A DNA stretch of 64,000 bases from an uncultured bacterium (GTDB taxonomy: Bacteria; Patescibacteriota; Patescibacteriia; Patescibacteriales; UBA12465): contig OW818634.1 of assembly GCA_942492765.1 (NCBI GenBank), positions 409,159 through 473,158 on the forward strand, in the 5' to 3' direction. Position numbers and translations under genes: made by a program. The stretch's first letter is position 1. Every line of letters starts with the position of its first letter. Below the pieces are notes generated by a model. That model was not told the DNA's origin and did no database searches. It worked only from the letters and a program-made list of their open reading frames with translations. Shown in pieces: positions 35,625-44,990 of the stretch.

Positions 35625-38069
35625 TTATTTAACGACGATATTTAATAATTTCCCAGGCACGAAGATAGTTTTCACGATCTCCTTCCCTTCCAGCCATTTC
35701 TTCACGCTGATATTATCCTTTGCCAGGGCAACGGCTGCCGTTTCTTTCATATCAGCTTCGACCTCAATAGTCGCGCGCGCCTTGCCATTGATAGATATGA
35801 CTAGATTGACTGTCTTATCTTTAATCAGATCGGCGTCATATTCCGGCCAAGCTGCCTTGAAGACGCTGCTCTTGTGGCCGAACTTCTCCCAAATCTCTTC
35901 GGCCAAATGCGGCGCAAATGGAGACAATATCAGGATAAATTTCTCTAGGGACTCCCGTTTTAAGGGCCAGTTCCCGGTTTTCGCCTTGCCTTCGCCCAGG
36001 CTATTCATCAGGATCATTAAGGCAGAAATAGCCGTATTATAGCGGAAATTCTCAATATCTTCTCCGACCTTCTTAATAGTCTTATGAAGCAAAGACAGCG
36101 TTTTAGTTTCATCTTTACCATTATGGTCTTCCGCCAAAGCATAAGCTTTTTCTAAGAAACGACGAACGCCGATGATGCCTTGGCTATTCCAAGGCTTCAT
36201 ATCTTCCAAAGGGCCCAAGAACATCTCATAGACGCGCAAGGCGTCCGCTCCGTGTGATTCTATCAAGATATCAGGATTGACGACATTGCCTTTTGATTTA
36301 GACATCTTATTGCCGTCTTCGCCCAGAATGATGCCTTGATGCCGAAGTTTTAAGAATGGCTCGTTAAAATCCACATAGCCATATTTCTGCAGGACCTTAG
36401 TGAAGAAACGGGCATAGAGCAGATGCAGGACAGTGTGTTCGGTTCCGCCCATATACAGATCAACCGGCAACCAAGCCGCCAGCTTAGCTGCCGCCGCGAA
36501 TTCTCGGTCATTATGCGGATCGACATAGCGCAGATAATACCAAGAAGAACAGACAAAGGTATCCATGGTATCGCTTTCCCGTCTGGCTGGCTGGCCGCAA
36601 ATCGGACAATTAACTTTATTGAACGAAGCGGAATATTTCAGAGGAGATTCGCCAGTCGGACGAAAATCAACATCGGTCGGCAAGACCACCGGCAGGTCCT
36701 TGGCTGGAACAGGCACGGCGCCGCAATGGTCGCAATAGATAATCGGAATCGGCGCGCCCCAATAACGCTGGCGGGAAACCAGCCAATCGCGCAAGCGATA
36801 ATTTATCCGGCGGCTGCCTTTCTTTTCCATTTCTAAAAATTCTCCCATCTTTTCTCTCGCTTCTTCCGATTTAAAGCCGCTGAATTTTCCGGATTTTTCT
36901 AAGAGGCCGTCATCGGTATAGGCGATATTATCAAAAGATTCCCCATCATTGGGTTTAATGACGGACCTGATTTCTAACTCATACTTCTGAGCGAAATCCC
37001 AGTCTCTCTCATCATGCGCCGGAACAGCCATGACGGCGCCGGTGCCATACGATGCCAGGACATAATCAGCGACGAAGACGGCGACTTCTTCATTATTGAA
37101 AGGATTAACCGCCTTGACCCCTTCTAGGCGGACGCCAGTCTTATCTTTATTCAAATCTGTCCGTTGCAGATCGGTCTTAGTCTTGGCCGCCTTCAGATAT
37201 TCTTCGACGTCTGGCCAATTTTTTATATTGGTTTTCAATTCTTGAACCAGATTATTTTCCGGTGCGAGCACGACATAGGTGCAACCGAAGATCGTGTCTA
37301 GGCGCGTCGTGAATACCCTAATGGCCTTGTCTGTTCCCGCGATCTGAAAATCTACTTCCGCGCCTTCGCTGCGGCCAATCCAATTCTTCTGGCCGAGCTT
37401 AGTCGAAGTCGGCCAATCAATATCATCTAATCCGCTCAACAATCCTTTTATCTTCCGGCCTTCATGCTCCTGATCCTCTATGAAATCAGTGATCTTAAAA
37501 AACCATTGTTCTAGGTCTTTCTGGATTACCTGATTGCCGCAGCGCTCGCAAGCGCCATTTTCAACCTGTTCGTTAGCCAAAACCGTCTGGCAGCTATTGC
37601 ACCAATTGACCTTCGCCTTCTTCTTATAAGCCAAGCCTTTCTCATACATCAGCAAAAATAGCCATTGAGTCCATTTATAATATTCCGGATCAGCGGTAAC
37701 TACGGTCTTATCCCAATCATAAGAAAAACCGAGAGAGTTTATCTGATTGATAAAATTAGCAATTGCCTTCTTAGTCGTTTCCGTAGGATGAACCCCGGTC
37801 TTGATCGCATAGTTCTCGGCTGGCAAGCCGAAAGCGTCAAAGCCTTGCGGATGCAAGACATTAAAGCCTTTAGCCCGATAATATCGCGCGTAAATATCGG
37901 TCGCTGTATAAGATTCGACGTGGCCAGCGTGAAGGCCCGCCCCGGATGGATACGGAAACATGTCTAAGATATAGCGCTTCGGCTTTTTCTTGGCATCTCC
38001 AGTCTTATGCGCTCCGGTCTCCGCCCAGATCTTTTGCCATTTCTTTTCTATTTCTTGGTGATTATACAT
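35625..38069 (-). CDS. leuS: Leucyl-tRNA synthetase
   Basis: HIGH-type motif (PYPSGAGLHAGH), KMSKS motif, and a zinc/editing-domain pattern. Confidence 0.95.
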   Translation of the reverse strand: MYNHQEIEKKWQKIWAETGAHKTGDAKKKPKRYILDMFPYPSGAGLHAGHVESYTATDIYARYYRAKGFNVLHPQGFDAFGLPAENYAIKTGVHPTETTKKAIANFINQINSLGFSYDWDKTVVTADPEYYKWTQWLFLLMYEKGLAYKKKAKVNWCNSCQTVLANEQVENGACERCGNQVIQKDLEQWFFKITDFIEDQEHEGRKIKGLLSGLDDIDWPTSTKLGQKNWIGRSEGAEVDFQIAGTDKAIRVFTTRLDTIFGCTYVVLAPENNLVQELKTNIKNWPDVEEYLKAAKTKTDLQRTDLNKDKTGVRLEGVKAVNPFNNEEVAVFVADYVLASYGTGAVMAVPAHDERDWDFAQKYELEIRSVIKPNDGESFDNIAYTDDGLLEKSGKFSGFKSEEAREKMGEFLEMEKKGSRRINYRLRDWLVSRQRYWGAPIPIIYCDHCGAVPVPAKDLPVVLPTDVDFRPTGESPLKYSASFNKVNCPICGQPARRESDTMDTFVCSSWYYLRYVDPHNDREFAAAAKLAAWLPVDLYMGGTEHTVLHLLYARFFTKVLQKYGYVDFNEPFLKLRHQGIILGEDGNKMSKSKGNVVNPDILIESHGADALRVYEMFLGPLEDMKPWNSQGIIGVRRFLEKAYALAEDHNGKDETKTLSLLHKTIKKVGEDIENFRYNTAISALMILMNSLGEGKAKTGNWPLKRESLEKFILILSPFAPHLAEEIWEKFGHKSSVFKAAWPEYDADLIKDKTVNLVISINGKARATIEVEADMKETAAVALAKDNISVKKWLEGKEIVKTIFVPGKLLNIVVK

Positions 38070-38850
38070 ATATTTCTAGCCCGATAGGGGCATGGTCAGA
38101 ACCGGTTATTTTATCTAAAATATAAGCTTTTTTCAAGCTTCTTCTAAGTTTAGCGGACACGCAGAAATAGTCAATCCGCCAGCCGATATTCCGCGCCCGA
38201 GCGTTCATACGAAAGCTCCACCAGGAATACTGGACTTTCTGGCCATTCTTTTCTCGATAAGTATCAATAAAGCCGGTTTTCAAAAATTTAGTCATCCAGG
38301 CGCGTTCTTCTGGAGTAAAGCCAGCGTTTCCGATATTATCTTTAGGGCGAGCCAAGTCGATCTCTTCATGAGCGACATTAAAATCGCCGGTGATAATGAC
38401 TGGTTTAGACTTTTCTAATTTTTTAATATATTTCAGCAAGACTTCATTGAATTCCAGCTTATAGCCTAAGCGCGATAATTCATGATTAGAATTAGGAAAA
38501 TAAACGTTTAATAAGAAAAACTTGTCGCCTTCCAGAGCCTGAACGCGCCCCTCTTTATCAAATTTAGCCAGGCCTAAACCATTCTTAACGCTTTTGATAA
38601 CTTTCAAGCCCCTTGCCCCTCTTAAACCCTCGCGGACCAAGATAGCTGTACCGCTATAGCCAGGCCGTTCAGCGCTGTTCCAATATTCTGTATAGCCGGC
38701 AAAATCAAACTCCGTCAAAAGGCGCGCGGAATCGGAAATCTTGATCTCCTGCAAGCATAAGATATCCGGCTTTTCAGATAGCAAGAAATCCTTGAAGCCC
38801 TTCTTGGCGACCGCCCTGATTCCGTTAACATTCCAGGAGATTATTTTCAT
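38062..38850 (-). CDS. xth: Exodeoxyribonuclease III
   Basis: Contains MKIISWNVNGIRA, LCLQEIK, and GDFNVAH...SDHAP. Confidence 0.9.
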   Translation of the reverse strand: MKIISWNVNGIRAVAKKGFKDFLLSEKPDILCLQEIKISDSARLLTEFDFAGYTEYWNSAERPGYSGTAILVREGLRGARGLKVIKSVKNGLGLAKFDKEGRVQALEGDKFFLLNVYFPNSNHELSRLGYKLEFNEVLLKYIKKLEKSKPVIITGDFNVAHEEIDLARPKDNIGNAGFTPEERAWMTKFLKTGFIDTYREKNGQKVQYSWWSFRMNARARNIGWRIDYFCVSAKLRRSLKKAYILDKITGSDHAPIGLEIYV

Positions 38851-38868
38851 AAATTATGATATAATACA

Positions 38869-38897
38869 ATTATACTGGAAACAAAGCTTAATTTCAA
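38869..38897 (-). promoter_or_regulatory. Sigma70-type promoter TTGAAA-N17-TATAAT upstream of xth
   Basis: Minus strand reads TTGAAA (38897-38892), a 17-nt spacer, then TATAAT (38874-38869). Confidence 0.55.
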
Positions 38898-38914
38898 TTT
38901 TTTATAATAATCAT

Positions 38915-39664
38915 ATGGGTTTAGAAGAGAGAGTGAAATACGCAGCCATGAAGGCGCGCCACAAAAAAATCCTGCTCCCTTGGTACAAGAGATGGTGGGG
39001 GGTGGTAGTTTTAGCCTTAGCCGGATTACTGCTCATAGTCCTGACGATTTCCAGCCTTTACGTCGTCAATAAAGCGCAATCCATCATCGCTGAACAGAAC
39101 CAGGGAGTGACCCAGCAGGATTATGAGAAATATATCCAGGCTATCAAGGGCGATGGCAGTAATTTTTATATCGGTACGACGACGCCGCAGGCGACTATCG
39201 TAGAATTCGGCGATTTTGCCTGCCCCTACTCGAAAGAATCCTATCTGGTTGTCAAGCAGATCTTGGCTGATTATCCCGACAAGATCAAGATAGTCTGGAG
39301 AGATTATCTGCGCAACGAAGATTCCATTGATCTCGCGGTCGCGGCTCGCTGCGCCGGCGCTCAAGGAAAATTTTGGGAAATGCATGATAAGCTTTTCGAG
39401 GACCAGGATAACCTGACTACCGCCGATGAGGCCCGCCTCAATCGTTTGGTGGCGCTAGCCGTCAGCCTCGGGATGAATGATACGGAATTCGCCACCTGCC
39501 TAGCTAACCGCGACAACCTGACTAAGATCCAGAAAGATTACGAGGAAGGCAATGAGCTCGCTATCATCGGCACGCCGACCTGGTTCGTCAATAATTACCC
39601 GATTTCCGGATCTCTGACTCTTGATAAATTCAAAGAGCTCTTGAGCGGAATCATTAAAAAATAA
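38915..39664 (+). CDS. Membrane-anchored DsbA-like thioredoxin-fold protein with a CPYS (CxxS) active site
   Basis: ATG at 38915 avoids overlap with xth. There is a TM helix, then FGDFACPYSKE, AARCAGAQGKFWEMHD and GTPTWFVN, which are typical of DsbA-like Thioredoxin_4 proteins. Confidence 0.75.
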   Translation: MGLEERVKYAAMKARHKKILLPWYKRWWGVVVLALAGLLLIVLTISSLYVVNKAQSIIAEQNQGVTQQDYEKYIQAIKGDGSNFYIGTTTPQATIVEFGDFACPYSKESYLVVKQILADYPDKIKIVWRDYLRNEDSIDLAVAARCAGAQGKFWEMHDKLFEDQDNLTTADEARLNRLVALAVSLGMNDTEFATCLANRDNLTKIQKDYEEGNELAIIGTPTWFVNNYPISGSLTLDKFKELLSGIIKK

Positions 39665-39684
39665 TCAAAGAATCATCAAATAAT

Positions 39685-40230
39685 ATGGAACAGGTCCGCA
39701 TACATGGGCGCGGCGGGCAAGGCGTCGTCACTGCCGCCGAACTCATCGCTATCGCTGCTTTCTACGAAGGCAAGGAGGCACAGGCTTTCCCTAATTTCGG
39801 CGTGGAGCGTACGGGCGCGCCTATCCAATCTTACGCGCGCATCTCTGACTCACGCATCGTGACCCGCGAACAGATATCTGAACCGACCGTGCTGATAATC
39901 CAAGACGCGACCTTGCTAGACACGGTCGATGTCTTCTCTGGCAGCACGCCGGATACTGTCGTCATCATCAATTCCAACGAGAATAAATGGCCCGAACTCA
40001 ATAAAAGATTCAAGCATTTGTATTTCACGCCGGCTACGGAGATAGCCCTGAGAATCTTCGGAAAAAATATCGTCAACACGGTCATCCTCGGCGCTTTTGC
40101 CAAACACACGAAATTAGTCAGCCTTGATTCCTTAAAGAAAGCAATCGCGGAAAAGTTTTCTGATAAAGACAGCGCCTTGATCGACAAGAATATCCGGGCG
40201 GTTACCGAGGATTACGAGAGCGCTGAATAA
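39685..40230 (+). CDS. porG: Pyruvate:ferredoxin oxidoreductase, gamma subunit
   Basis: Contains IHGRGGQGVVTAAELIA. 181 aa, first gene of the por cluster. Confidence 0.85.
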   Translation: MEQVRIHGRGGQGVVTAAELIAIAAFYEGKEAQAFPNFGVERTGAPIQSYARISDSRIVTREQISEPTVLIIQDATLLDTVDVFSGSTPDTVVIINSNENKWPELNKRFKHLYFTPATEIALRIFGKNIVNTVILGAFAKHTKLVSLDSLKKAIAEKFSDKDSALIDKNIRAVTEDYESAE

Positions 40231-40237
40231 TAAAAAT

Positions 40238-40516
40238 ATGAAGAACAAAAAAATAAATCTTATCACTGAGCCGAATACTACTTTGACTAATAAGACCGGG
40301 CCTTGGCGCACGGAGAAACCGATAACCGACCTCGCGACTTGCATCGGCTGCTCCTTATGCGCGAAGATATGTCCGGAAGGCTGCATCGAAATGGAAAAGA
40401 ACGCCGCTTATGGCGATAAGCTGAAGCCGGAAACGGATTATGATTATTGCAAAGGCTGCGGCCTCTGCGCCCATGAATGCCCGGTCAAGGCGATTAGAAT
40501 GGTTAAAGATTACTAA
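40238..40516 (+). CDS. porD: Pyruvate:ferredoxin oxidoreductase, delta subunit (2x[4Fe-4S] ferredoxin)
   Basis: Contains CIGCSLCAKICP and CKGCGLCAHECP. Confidence 0.85.
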   Translation: MKNKKINLITEPNTTLTNKTGPWRTEKPITDLATCIGCSLCAKICPEGCIEMEKNAAYGDKLKPETDYDYCKGCGLCAHECPVKAIRMVKDY

Positions 40517-40517
40517 T

Positions 40518-41714
40518 ATGATGAACCAAGAACATAAACAGATACTGGAAGGGTCGCACGCCATCGCGCTCACGATCAAGAATATCGGTCCGGCGGTCGT
40601 ATCCGCTTATCCGATCACGCCGCAGACGCATATTGTCGAAGATCTCGCGAAGATAAAAGCCGACGGCCAAGCCGATTATGAATATGTCCGAGCGGAAAGC
40701 GAATTCGCGGCTGCTTCGATCATCTTAGGGGCGAGCGCCGCCGGTTCCCGCGTCTATAGCGCCACCAGTTCCCAGGGCCTGTTGCTCATGGCCGAAGTCG
40801 TCTACAACATCTCGGGCATGCGCTTGCCGATAGTTATGACTTGCGCCAATCGCGCTGTCTCCGCTCCGATAAATATCTGGAACGATCATAGCGACGTGAT
40901 GAGCGTCCGCGATGCCGGCTGGATCCAATTATTCGCCGCCAATCATCAGGAAGCGGTTAATGCCCATATCCTCGCCTATAAGCTGGCCGAGAATCTTAAG
41001 CTGCCGGTCATGGTTAACGTCGATGGCTTCATCCTGACTCATTCTTATGAATCTGTGATCATCCCTGAACCAGAAAAGATAAAACAATTCCTGCCAGCCT
41101 ATCAGCCGGAAAACGGGACTTATCTCGACCCTAAGAATCCAGTCACTCTCGGCGCCTTCTTCACTCCGGCTGATTATATGGAAACCCGCGAAGCCCTGCA
41201 TGAAGATTTATTAGCTAGCCTGAAAACGATCAAGCAAGAATACAAATTATTCCAGAGCATCTTTAAAGATGAGATTAAATTAGCAGAAGTGTCTGACAAA
41301 AAAGATATTTTTGACGATGGACTAGTAGAATACTACGGTCCGGCTAAGTCGGAGACCATCCTAGTTGCGCTCGGATCTCTCAACGGTACCATTCTCGAGA
41401 CTATCAAGGACATGAAGAGTGTCGGACTCTTGAAAATAAAAGTCTATCGCCCCTTCCCGGCCGAAACGATCAATAAGATCATTATTCGCGCCAAGAATGT
41501 CGCGGTTATCGAGAAAGCGATCAATTTCGGCCAAGCCGGCCCGCTCTATTCCGATATCAAAGCCGGATTGAGCGGCACAGAAGCCAAGAATTTGAATATT
41601 ACGAATTACGTCGTCGGCCTCGGCGGCCGTGATGTTACCAAAAAAATGATCCAGAAGATAATCAAGAAGGCTTCGCGCCGCGATCAGGCAGTAGAATTCA
41701 TCGGCCATAACTAA
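40518..41714 (+). CDS. porA: Pyruvate:ferredoxin oxidoreductase, alpha subunit
   Basis: Start taken at ATG 40518; the track start at 40440 overlaps porD. Contains GSHAIALTI...AYPITPQT. Confidence 0.9.
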   Translation: MMNQEHKQILEGSHAIALTIKNIGPAVVSAYPITPQTHIVEDLAKIKADGQADYEYVRAESEFAAASIILGASAAGSRVYSATSSQGLLLMAEVVYNISGMRLPIVMTCANRAVSAPINIWNDHSDVMSVRDAGWIQLFAANHQEAVNAHILAYKLAENLKLPVMVNVDGFILTHSYESVIIPEPEKIKQFLPAYQPENGTYLDPKNPVTLGAFFTPADYMETREALHEDLLASLKTIKQEYKLFQSIFKDEIKLAEVSDKKDIFDDGLVEYYGPAKSETILVALGSLNGTILETIKDMKSVGLLKIKVYRPFPAETINKIIIRAKNVAVIEKAINFGQAGPLYSDIKAGLSGTEAKNLNITNYVVGLGGRDVTKKMIQKIIKKASRRDQAVEFIGHN

Positions 41715-41724
41715 TAATTTTCAT

Positions 41725-42702
41725 ATGAAGATCAAAAGATCAAAAATATTGCAGGCTCTTAAGATATCTTTTTTTTCTGCCCTCTGCCTGCAACTGGCGA
41801 TGACTTTCGCCTTGGCGGCTTGGCCGGCAGGAGCCTCGGCCCAGACCGAAACGAAGTCCTTGCAATTTGAACCGCAGATACAGATTCCTAATTCAGCCTT
41901 CGACTCGGCTGCGATTAAGGTCTCGACTTACGACCCCAATACCGGAGAATTGCATAGTGACTTGCTCGCTAGATATATCCAGACTTTTTATAATTACGGA
42001 ATGGCCATCGTCGGAATCCTGGCGGCCATAGTATTGATGGGGGGCGGCGTCTTATGGCTCACTTCCGGCGGAGATTCCGGCAAAGTCGGCCAAGCTAAAG
42101 AACTCATCATCGGCAGCATTGTCGGCACTGGCATCCTTTTCAGCTCTTGGATAATACTTAATACCGTTAACCCGGAACTGCTTAATTTCAAGACGATTAA
42201 AGTCATGGGCATCGCGCCGGTAAGCTATGATGGCACGGACGGAATATTAGATAATGCCGATAGCATTCCAGCTGACGCGGAAATAAAATTTCTCTGCTTG
42301 CGCCCCGGCGATACTTGCGAGAATACTAATCCGCCTAGTATCAATATTAACGTCAGTCTCTGCTATGGAGAACTGAAAATCAGCCCGATAGAATGTACTG
42401 ATGCGAACTATCCGACGAAATGGTGCTGCGCGAAGAGCGATTCAAGCATCAACACGGCCGATGCTTATTGCCAGGGCAAGACTACCGGCACGGCCTGCAA
42501 GCTCAATGAAACCGCTTTGATGGGCTCTGGGTACTGTGAAAATAATAAATGCGTCGGCTGCAAGAAATTCGAAGAAGCTTGCTCCGGAGCATTCAATGAT
42601 TACGAATGCGTCGGGTATGATCAATATTCATGCGGCGTTCCGAATAACGGCGACTGCAATTGCAATATATTGCTCTCTAACTGCACCTGTAAAAAATATT
42701 AA
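41725..42702 (+). CDS. Secreted cysteine-rich protein with a VirB2/TrbC-like (T4SS pilin-type) two-helix membrane hairpin
   Basis: Has a signal peptide, then the hairpin YNYGMAIVGILAAIVLMGGGVLWLTSGGDSGKVGQAKELIIGSIVGTGILFSSWIILNTVNPEL. The C-terminal ~130 aa contain more than 20 Cys. Confidence 0.7.
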   Translation: MKIKRSKILQALKISFFSALCLQLAMTFALAAWPAGASAQTETKSLQFEPQIQIPNSAFDSAAIKVSTYDPNTGELHSDLLARYIQTFYNYGMAIVGILAAIVLMGGGVLWLTSGGDSGKVGQAKELIIGSIVGTGILFSSWIILNTVNPELLNFKTIKVMGIAPVSYDGTDGILDNADSIPADAEIKFLCLRPGDTCENTNPPSININVSLCYGELKISPIECTDANYPTKWCCAKSDSSINTADAYCQGKTTGTACKLNETALMGSGYCENNKCVGCKKFEEACSGAFNDYECVGYDQYSCGVPNNGDCNCNILLSNCTCKKY

Positions 42703-42706
42703 TCCT

Positions 42707-43573
42707 ATGAAAAATAAAAAAATCCTCTCTCCTGGACATAACGCCTGCGCCGGCTGCGGCCAATTATCAGCAGCTCAATCGGTGATGAGAGGATTGAACG
42801 AAAATGTCATCATCGCTAACGCGACCGGCTGCCTGGAGGTGACGACGACTGCCTATCCGCAAAGCTCTTGGGGCTTACCGTGGATACATTCCCTTTTCGA
42901 GAATGCCGCAGCGGTAGCTTCGGGAATTTCTGCCTCCTTGAGACAGAAAGGCGATACCAAGACGAAAGTAGTAGTTCAAGCCGGAGACGGCGGGACCTTC
43001 GATATCGGTATCGGTCTGGTCAGCGGCATGTGGGAACGCGGCGAGAATATCTTATATATCTGCTATGATACGGAAGCCTATTCTAATACTGGCTACCAAG
43101 CTTCCGGCAGTACTCCTTACGGCGCTAATACAACGACGACTCCGAGCGGACTTGCTTCTATCGGCTCGGCGCAGCGCAAGAAAGACATGATCGGCATCGC
43201 TCTAGCGCACGGCTTGAAGTATGTCGCGCAAACGACTGCCGGCTTTCCTGATGATATCACTAACAAGGTAAAAAAGGCTCTGACTGTCGAAGGCCCGAGT
43301 TATATCCAGATCCTCTGCCCTTGCATACCTTATTGGAAAATAAATAACGATATGGCGGTAACTATGGGAAAACTGGCCGCCCAGACGGCTTTATATCCGC
43401 TCCTAGAATACGTCGACGGACGCTTAGTCTCTTCCAGCATCAAAGAAGGCTTCCAAGCTAAACCAGCCGCAGAATACCTGAAAGGACAAGGACGCTTCAA
43501 GCATCTTAAAGATGAAGATATCACCTTGATTGAAGAGATCGGGCGAGACAATAGCGCTAAATATAAAATATGA
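42707..43573 (+). CDS. porB: Pyruvate:ferredoxin oxidoreductase, beta subunit (TPP-binding)
   Basis: Start taken at ATG 42707; the track start at 42536 overlaps the upstream gene. Contains GHNACAGCG and the TPP motif GDGGTFDIG. Confidence 0.9.
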   Translation: MKNKKILSPGHNACAGCGQLSAAQSVMRGLNENVIIANATGCLEVTTTAYPQSSWGLPWIHSLFENAAAVASGISASLRQKGDTKTKVVVQAGDGGTFDIGIGLVSGMWERGENILYICYDTEAYSNTGYQASGSTPYGANTTTTPSGLASIGSAQRKKDMIGIALAHGLKYVAQTTAGFPDDITNKVKKALTVEGPSYIQILCPCIPYWKINNDMAVTMGKLAAQTALYPLLEYVDGRLVSSSIKEGFQAKPAAEYLKGQGRFKHLKDEDITLIEEIGRDNSAKYKI

Positions 43574-44946
43574 AAAAAGGATTCTTGATAACCGGTCTTC
43601 TCGGCATAATCCTGACGTCCTTTTTGCCGTTAACGGCTCACGCTGCGGGAACTTGCACCTGGCGCATGAAGGTAAAGAGCATCGGCACGGCGGATAATCC
43701 GATTGGAGCGACTACTGGCGGCTGTCTGAATGGAGAAATAAAGGACTCCGAAACGAGTTGTGACGCCGCCACTAATCCTGGACCTAAAACTTATATAGAC
43801 AGCACCGGCACTCCGGAGTGCTGCTGCTCCGGCCAGAATCCTACTCAGGATAATTGTTATTGGCAAAAAGACATCGACCGCCCGCTCGTCGGTCCGGTCC
43901 GCAATTTCATCTGCGGCGCTGGTTACGAGATACAATATGTCGGAACGGACCCGCTCGCTCTGAATAATAAATGCCGCGCAATTACTAAGCCGACCGACTC
44001 TAGTTTCGATTATGCCTGTTGCTGTGCGGTTACTCAGACCCCGACGATCTCTGACACCACGGCTCCTAAGTTCACCATGCCAGAATTACAAATAAAGTTG
44101 CCGACCCTCAAACTGACCGAACCGGAATGCACCCTCAATAACGACGGTTCATATCATTGCGAGATTCCCTGGCTCGGACAATATATCGTCGCGGTCTATA
44201 ATTACGGCTTGAGCGTCGCCGGTATCTTAGCAGCAATAATCCTGATGGCTGGCGGCGTCTTATGGCTCATTTCCGGCGGCGACGCCGGCAAAGTCGGCCA
44301 AGCGAAAGAGCTTATCATGGGCAGCATAGTCGGCCTCGTCATCTTAGCCGGATCTTATATAATACTGACGCAGATAAATCCTGATTTGGTAAAATTCAAG
44401 GCTATCAGCATCGGCACGATCAAGGGCAAACAGCTAGCTTTGGCCGGCGCTCGCTACAGCTCTAAAGCGGAAGACTATAAGAATGCTCCTTGCGCGACTG
44501 AAGCGGAATTAGAAAAAGGCATAGATTTCTATGCGACCGGATATTATAAGCCTATTTGGGAAGATACGGATAATTTTCGCTGCGTCATCGCGATGCAATG
44601 CAGCTGTCCTCTGGGTATCGATACTACTAAGAATTGCGATCAGCTCTACGGCCAGACTTTTCCGGGCTATCATCCTTGCAAGGCCTTTACTCAAGATACT
44701 CTTTATTGCAATATGACGGCTACTGGCGGCGCGCCGCAAGATGGCGACATTGCCGGACCTAATAATTGCCGAGCGGAATTGCCTTACGGCACTCAAGTCT
44801 GTTTCCGCGGCCAAACTTATACGATCAGAGACACTGGCGGAGGCATCATGGGCAAGAGAATCGATGTCTGGAGCGGCGATAACTTGGATAAAGCCATGAG
44901 TGTTACCGGAGTCGGCACCCTGACCAAAGGCGCATGTAAACAATAG
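43570..44946 (+). CDS. Secreted Cys-rich protein with a VirB2/TrbC-like pilin hairpin and a C-terminal 3D (MltA/RlpA-type, peptidoglycan-lytic-like) domain
   Basis: The start overlaps the porB stop (ATGA). The hairpin YNYGLSVAGILAAIILMAGGVLWLISGGDAGKVGQAKELIMGSIVGLVILAGSYIILTQINPDL is paralogous to the one in 41725..42702. The C-terminus has GQTYTIRDTGGGIMGKRIDVWSGD. Confidence 0.7.
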   Translation: MKKGFLITGLLGIILTSFLPLTAHAAGTCTWRMKVKSIGTADNPIGATTGGCLNGEIKDSETSCDAATNPGPKTYIDSTGTPECCCSGQNPTQDNCYWQKDIDRPLVGPVRNFICGAGYEIQYVGTDPLALNNKCRAITKPTDSSFDYACCCAVTQTPTISDTTAPKFTMPELQIKLPTLKLTEPECTLNNDGSYHCEIPWLGQYIVAVYNYGLSVAGILAAIILMAGGVLWLISGGDAGKVGQAKELIMGSIVGLVILAGSYIILTQINPDLVKFKAISIGTIKGKQLALAGARYSSKAEDYKNAPCATEAELEKGIDFYATGYYKPIWEDTDNFRCVIAMQCSCPLGIDTTKNCDQLYGQTFPGYHPCKAFTQDTLYCNMTATGGAPQDGDIAGPNNCRAELPYGTQVCFRGQTYTIRDTGGGIMGKRIDVWSGDNLDKAMSVTGVGTLTKGACKQ

Positions 44947-44961
44947 CTGCTTCTTAATACC

Positions 44962-44990
44962 AAAAATCCGCCGTTCGGCGGATTTTTTTT
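44962..44990. terminator. Bidirectional rho-independent terminator (por/pilin operon vs rnhA)
   Basis: ATCCGCC (44966-44972) pairs with GGCGGAT (44977-44983). The loop is GTTC, with an A-run upstream and a T-run of at least 7 downstream. Confidence 0.7.

Noticed and set aside
38741-38914. Extended track starts: DsbA-like at 38741, porA at 40440, porB at 42536, lepA at 49249, rpoC at 61100
   Set aside because: Each extension overlaps the preceding gene substantially, and an internal ATG begins exactly where the recognisable protein family sequence begins. I used the shorter starts.
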